Below are positions 61,801 through 64,000 of a stretch of DNA of 64,000 nt, one piece after another. The DNA is from Eledone cirrhosa (Eukaryota). Made by a program: the position numbers and the translations under genes. Location: contig OZ024744.1 in assembly GCA_964016885.1 (NCBI GenBank), positions 123,194,001 through 123,258,000 on the forward strand, written 5' to 3'. The notes below the pieces were generated by a model. It was not told the DNA's origin, made no database searches, and saw only the letters and a program-made list of their open reading frames with translations. How positions within the stretch are numbered: the first letter of the stretch is position 1; each line of letters starts with the position of its first letter.

Positions 61801-64000
61801 CATAACAGTTATAGATTTACTAGTTAACTATCAACATAACAGTTTTACTAGTTAACTCACAATATAACAGTTTTACTAGTTAACTCACCACATAAAGGTT
61901 TTACTAGTTAACTATCAACATAAAAGATAGTTTTACTAGCTAACTATCAACATAACAGTTATAGTTTTACTAGTTAGCAATCAACATAGCAGTTTTACTA
62001 GTTAACTATCAACATAACAGTTATAGGTTTACTAGTTACATATCAACATAACAGTTTTATTAGTTAAATCTCAACATAAGTTTTACTAGTTAACTCTCAA
62101 GATAACAGTTTTACTAGTTAACTAGTAACATAACATTTTACTAGTTAACTATCAACATAACAGATATAGTTTTACTAATTAACTCTGAACATAACAGTTT
62201 TACTAGTTAACTATCAACATAACAGTTATAGTTTTACTAGTTAACTCTCAACATAATAGTTTTACTAGTTAACTGGCAACATAACAGTTTTACTAGTTAA
62301 ATCTCAACATAACAGTTTTGCTAGTTAACTCTCATGATAACAGTTTTGCTATTTAACTTTCAACATAACAGTTTTACTAGTTAACTCTCAACATAACAGT
62401 TTTACTAGTTAATTCTCAGCATAACAGTTTTGCCAGTTAACTATCAACATAAAAGTTATAGTTTTACTAGTTAACTATACACATAACAGTTTTACTAGTT
62501 AACTCACAATATAACAGTTTTGCTAGTTAACTATCAACATAACAGTTTTACGAGTTAAATATCAACATAATTAGTTTTACTAGTTAACTATCAACATAAC
62601 AGATATAGTTTTACTAGCTAATTATCAACATAACAGTTATAGTTTTACTAGTTAACTATCAACATAGTATTTTTTTACTACCTAACTCTCAACATAACAG
62701 TTTTATTAGTTAACTCTCAACATAAAAGTTTTACTATTTAACTCGCAACATAAGAGTTTTCCTAGTTAACTCGCAACAACAGTTTTACGACTTAACTCTC
62801 AGCATAAAGTTTTACTAGTTAACTATCAACATAACAGTTTTACTAGTTAACTATCAACATAACAGCTATAGATTTACTAGTTAACTATCAACATAACAGT
62901 TTTACTAGTTAACTCACAATATAACAGTTTTACTAGTTAACTCTCAGCATAAAGGTTTTACTAGTTAACTATCAACATAACAATTTTATAGTTAACTCTC
63001 AGCATAACAGTTTTGTTAGTTAACTATCACCATGAGAGTTTTACTAGTTAACTATCAACATAAAAGATATAGTTTTACTAGCTATCAACATAACAGTTAT
63101 AGTTTTACTAGTTAGCAATCAACATAGCAGTTTTACCAGTTAACTATCAACATAACGGTTATAGTTTTACTAGTTACATAGCAGAACAGTTTTATTAGTT
63201 AACTCTCAACATAACAGTTTTACTAGTTACCTCTCAAGATAACAGTTTTACTAGTTAACTCTCAGCATAACAGTTTTACTAGTTAACTATCAACATAACA
63301 GTTTTATTAGTTAACTCGTAACATAACATTTTACTAGTTAACTATCAACATAACAGATATAGAATTACTAGTTAACTCTGAACATAACAGTTTTACTAGT
63401 TAACTATCAACATAACAGTTAGTTTTACTAGTTAACTCTCAACATAATAGTTTTACTAGTTAACTCGCAACATAACAGTTTTACTAGTTAACTCTCAACA
63501 TAACAGTTTTACTAGTTAACTCTCAAAATAACAGTTTTGCTATTTAACTTTCAACATAACAGTTTTACTAGTTAACTATCAACATAACAGTTTTACTAGT
63601 TAACTATCAACATAACAGTTATGGTTTTACTAATTACATATCAACATAACAGTTTTACTAGTTAACTCACCACATAAAGGTTTTACTAGTTAACTATCAA
63701 CATAAAAGATAGTTTTACTAGCTAACTATCAACATAACAGTTATAGTTTTACTAGTTAGCAATCAACATAGCAGTTTTACTAGTTAACTATCAACATAAC
63801 AGTTATAGGTTTACTAGTTACATATCAACATAACAGTTTTATTAGTTAACTCTCAACATAAGTTTTACTAGTTAACTCTCAAGATAACAGTTTTACTAGT
63901 TAACTAGTAACATAACATTTACTAGTTAACTATCAACATAACAGATATAGTTTTACTAATTAACTCTGAACATAACAGTTTTACTAGTTAACTATCAACA
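46900..64000. repeat. Satellite DNA array, 28-bp monomer (AACATAACAGTTTTACTAGTTAACTMTC) with a 34-bp variant (+ATAGTT); runs off the window end, probably intronic in AIP
   Basis: Continuous tandem units from ~46910 to the window end, with recurring ordered variant blocks and no ORFs. Confidence 0.98.

Noticed and set aside
46900-64000. Telomeric or coding repeat
   Set aside because: No TTAGGG-type unit, and frequent TAA/TAG stops on both strands leave no ORFs.

Overview
Eukaryotic (animal) genomic DNA; the repeat families resemble those I recall from octopus/cephalopod genomes, but that is an unverified inference. Two large satellite arrays (38-bp unit at 1-28226; 28/34-bp unit at ~46900-64000), both with kb-scale higher-order structure, flank an ~18.7 kb island. 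The island holds the last three coding exons of an AIP (aryl hydrocarbon receptor-interacting protein, TPR region) gene on the minus strand. Its introns carry an internally deleted Helitron, two 5'-truncated RTE-type LINEs, a CR1-type LINE fragment, a 32-bp minisatellite, a 43-bp hairpin and two copies of an unannotated TTAA-flanked piggyBac-like MITE. The most notable structure is a head-to-tail pair of full-length L1/Tx1-clade retrotransposons (one intact, one decayed). Both sit at the same base of the second MITE and are bounded by 66-bp direct repeats of MITE sequence. This suggests a target-specific retrotransposon that parasitises a DNA-transposon MITE, makes very long target duplications, lacks a poly(A) tail and builds tandem arrays.
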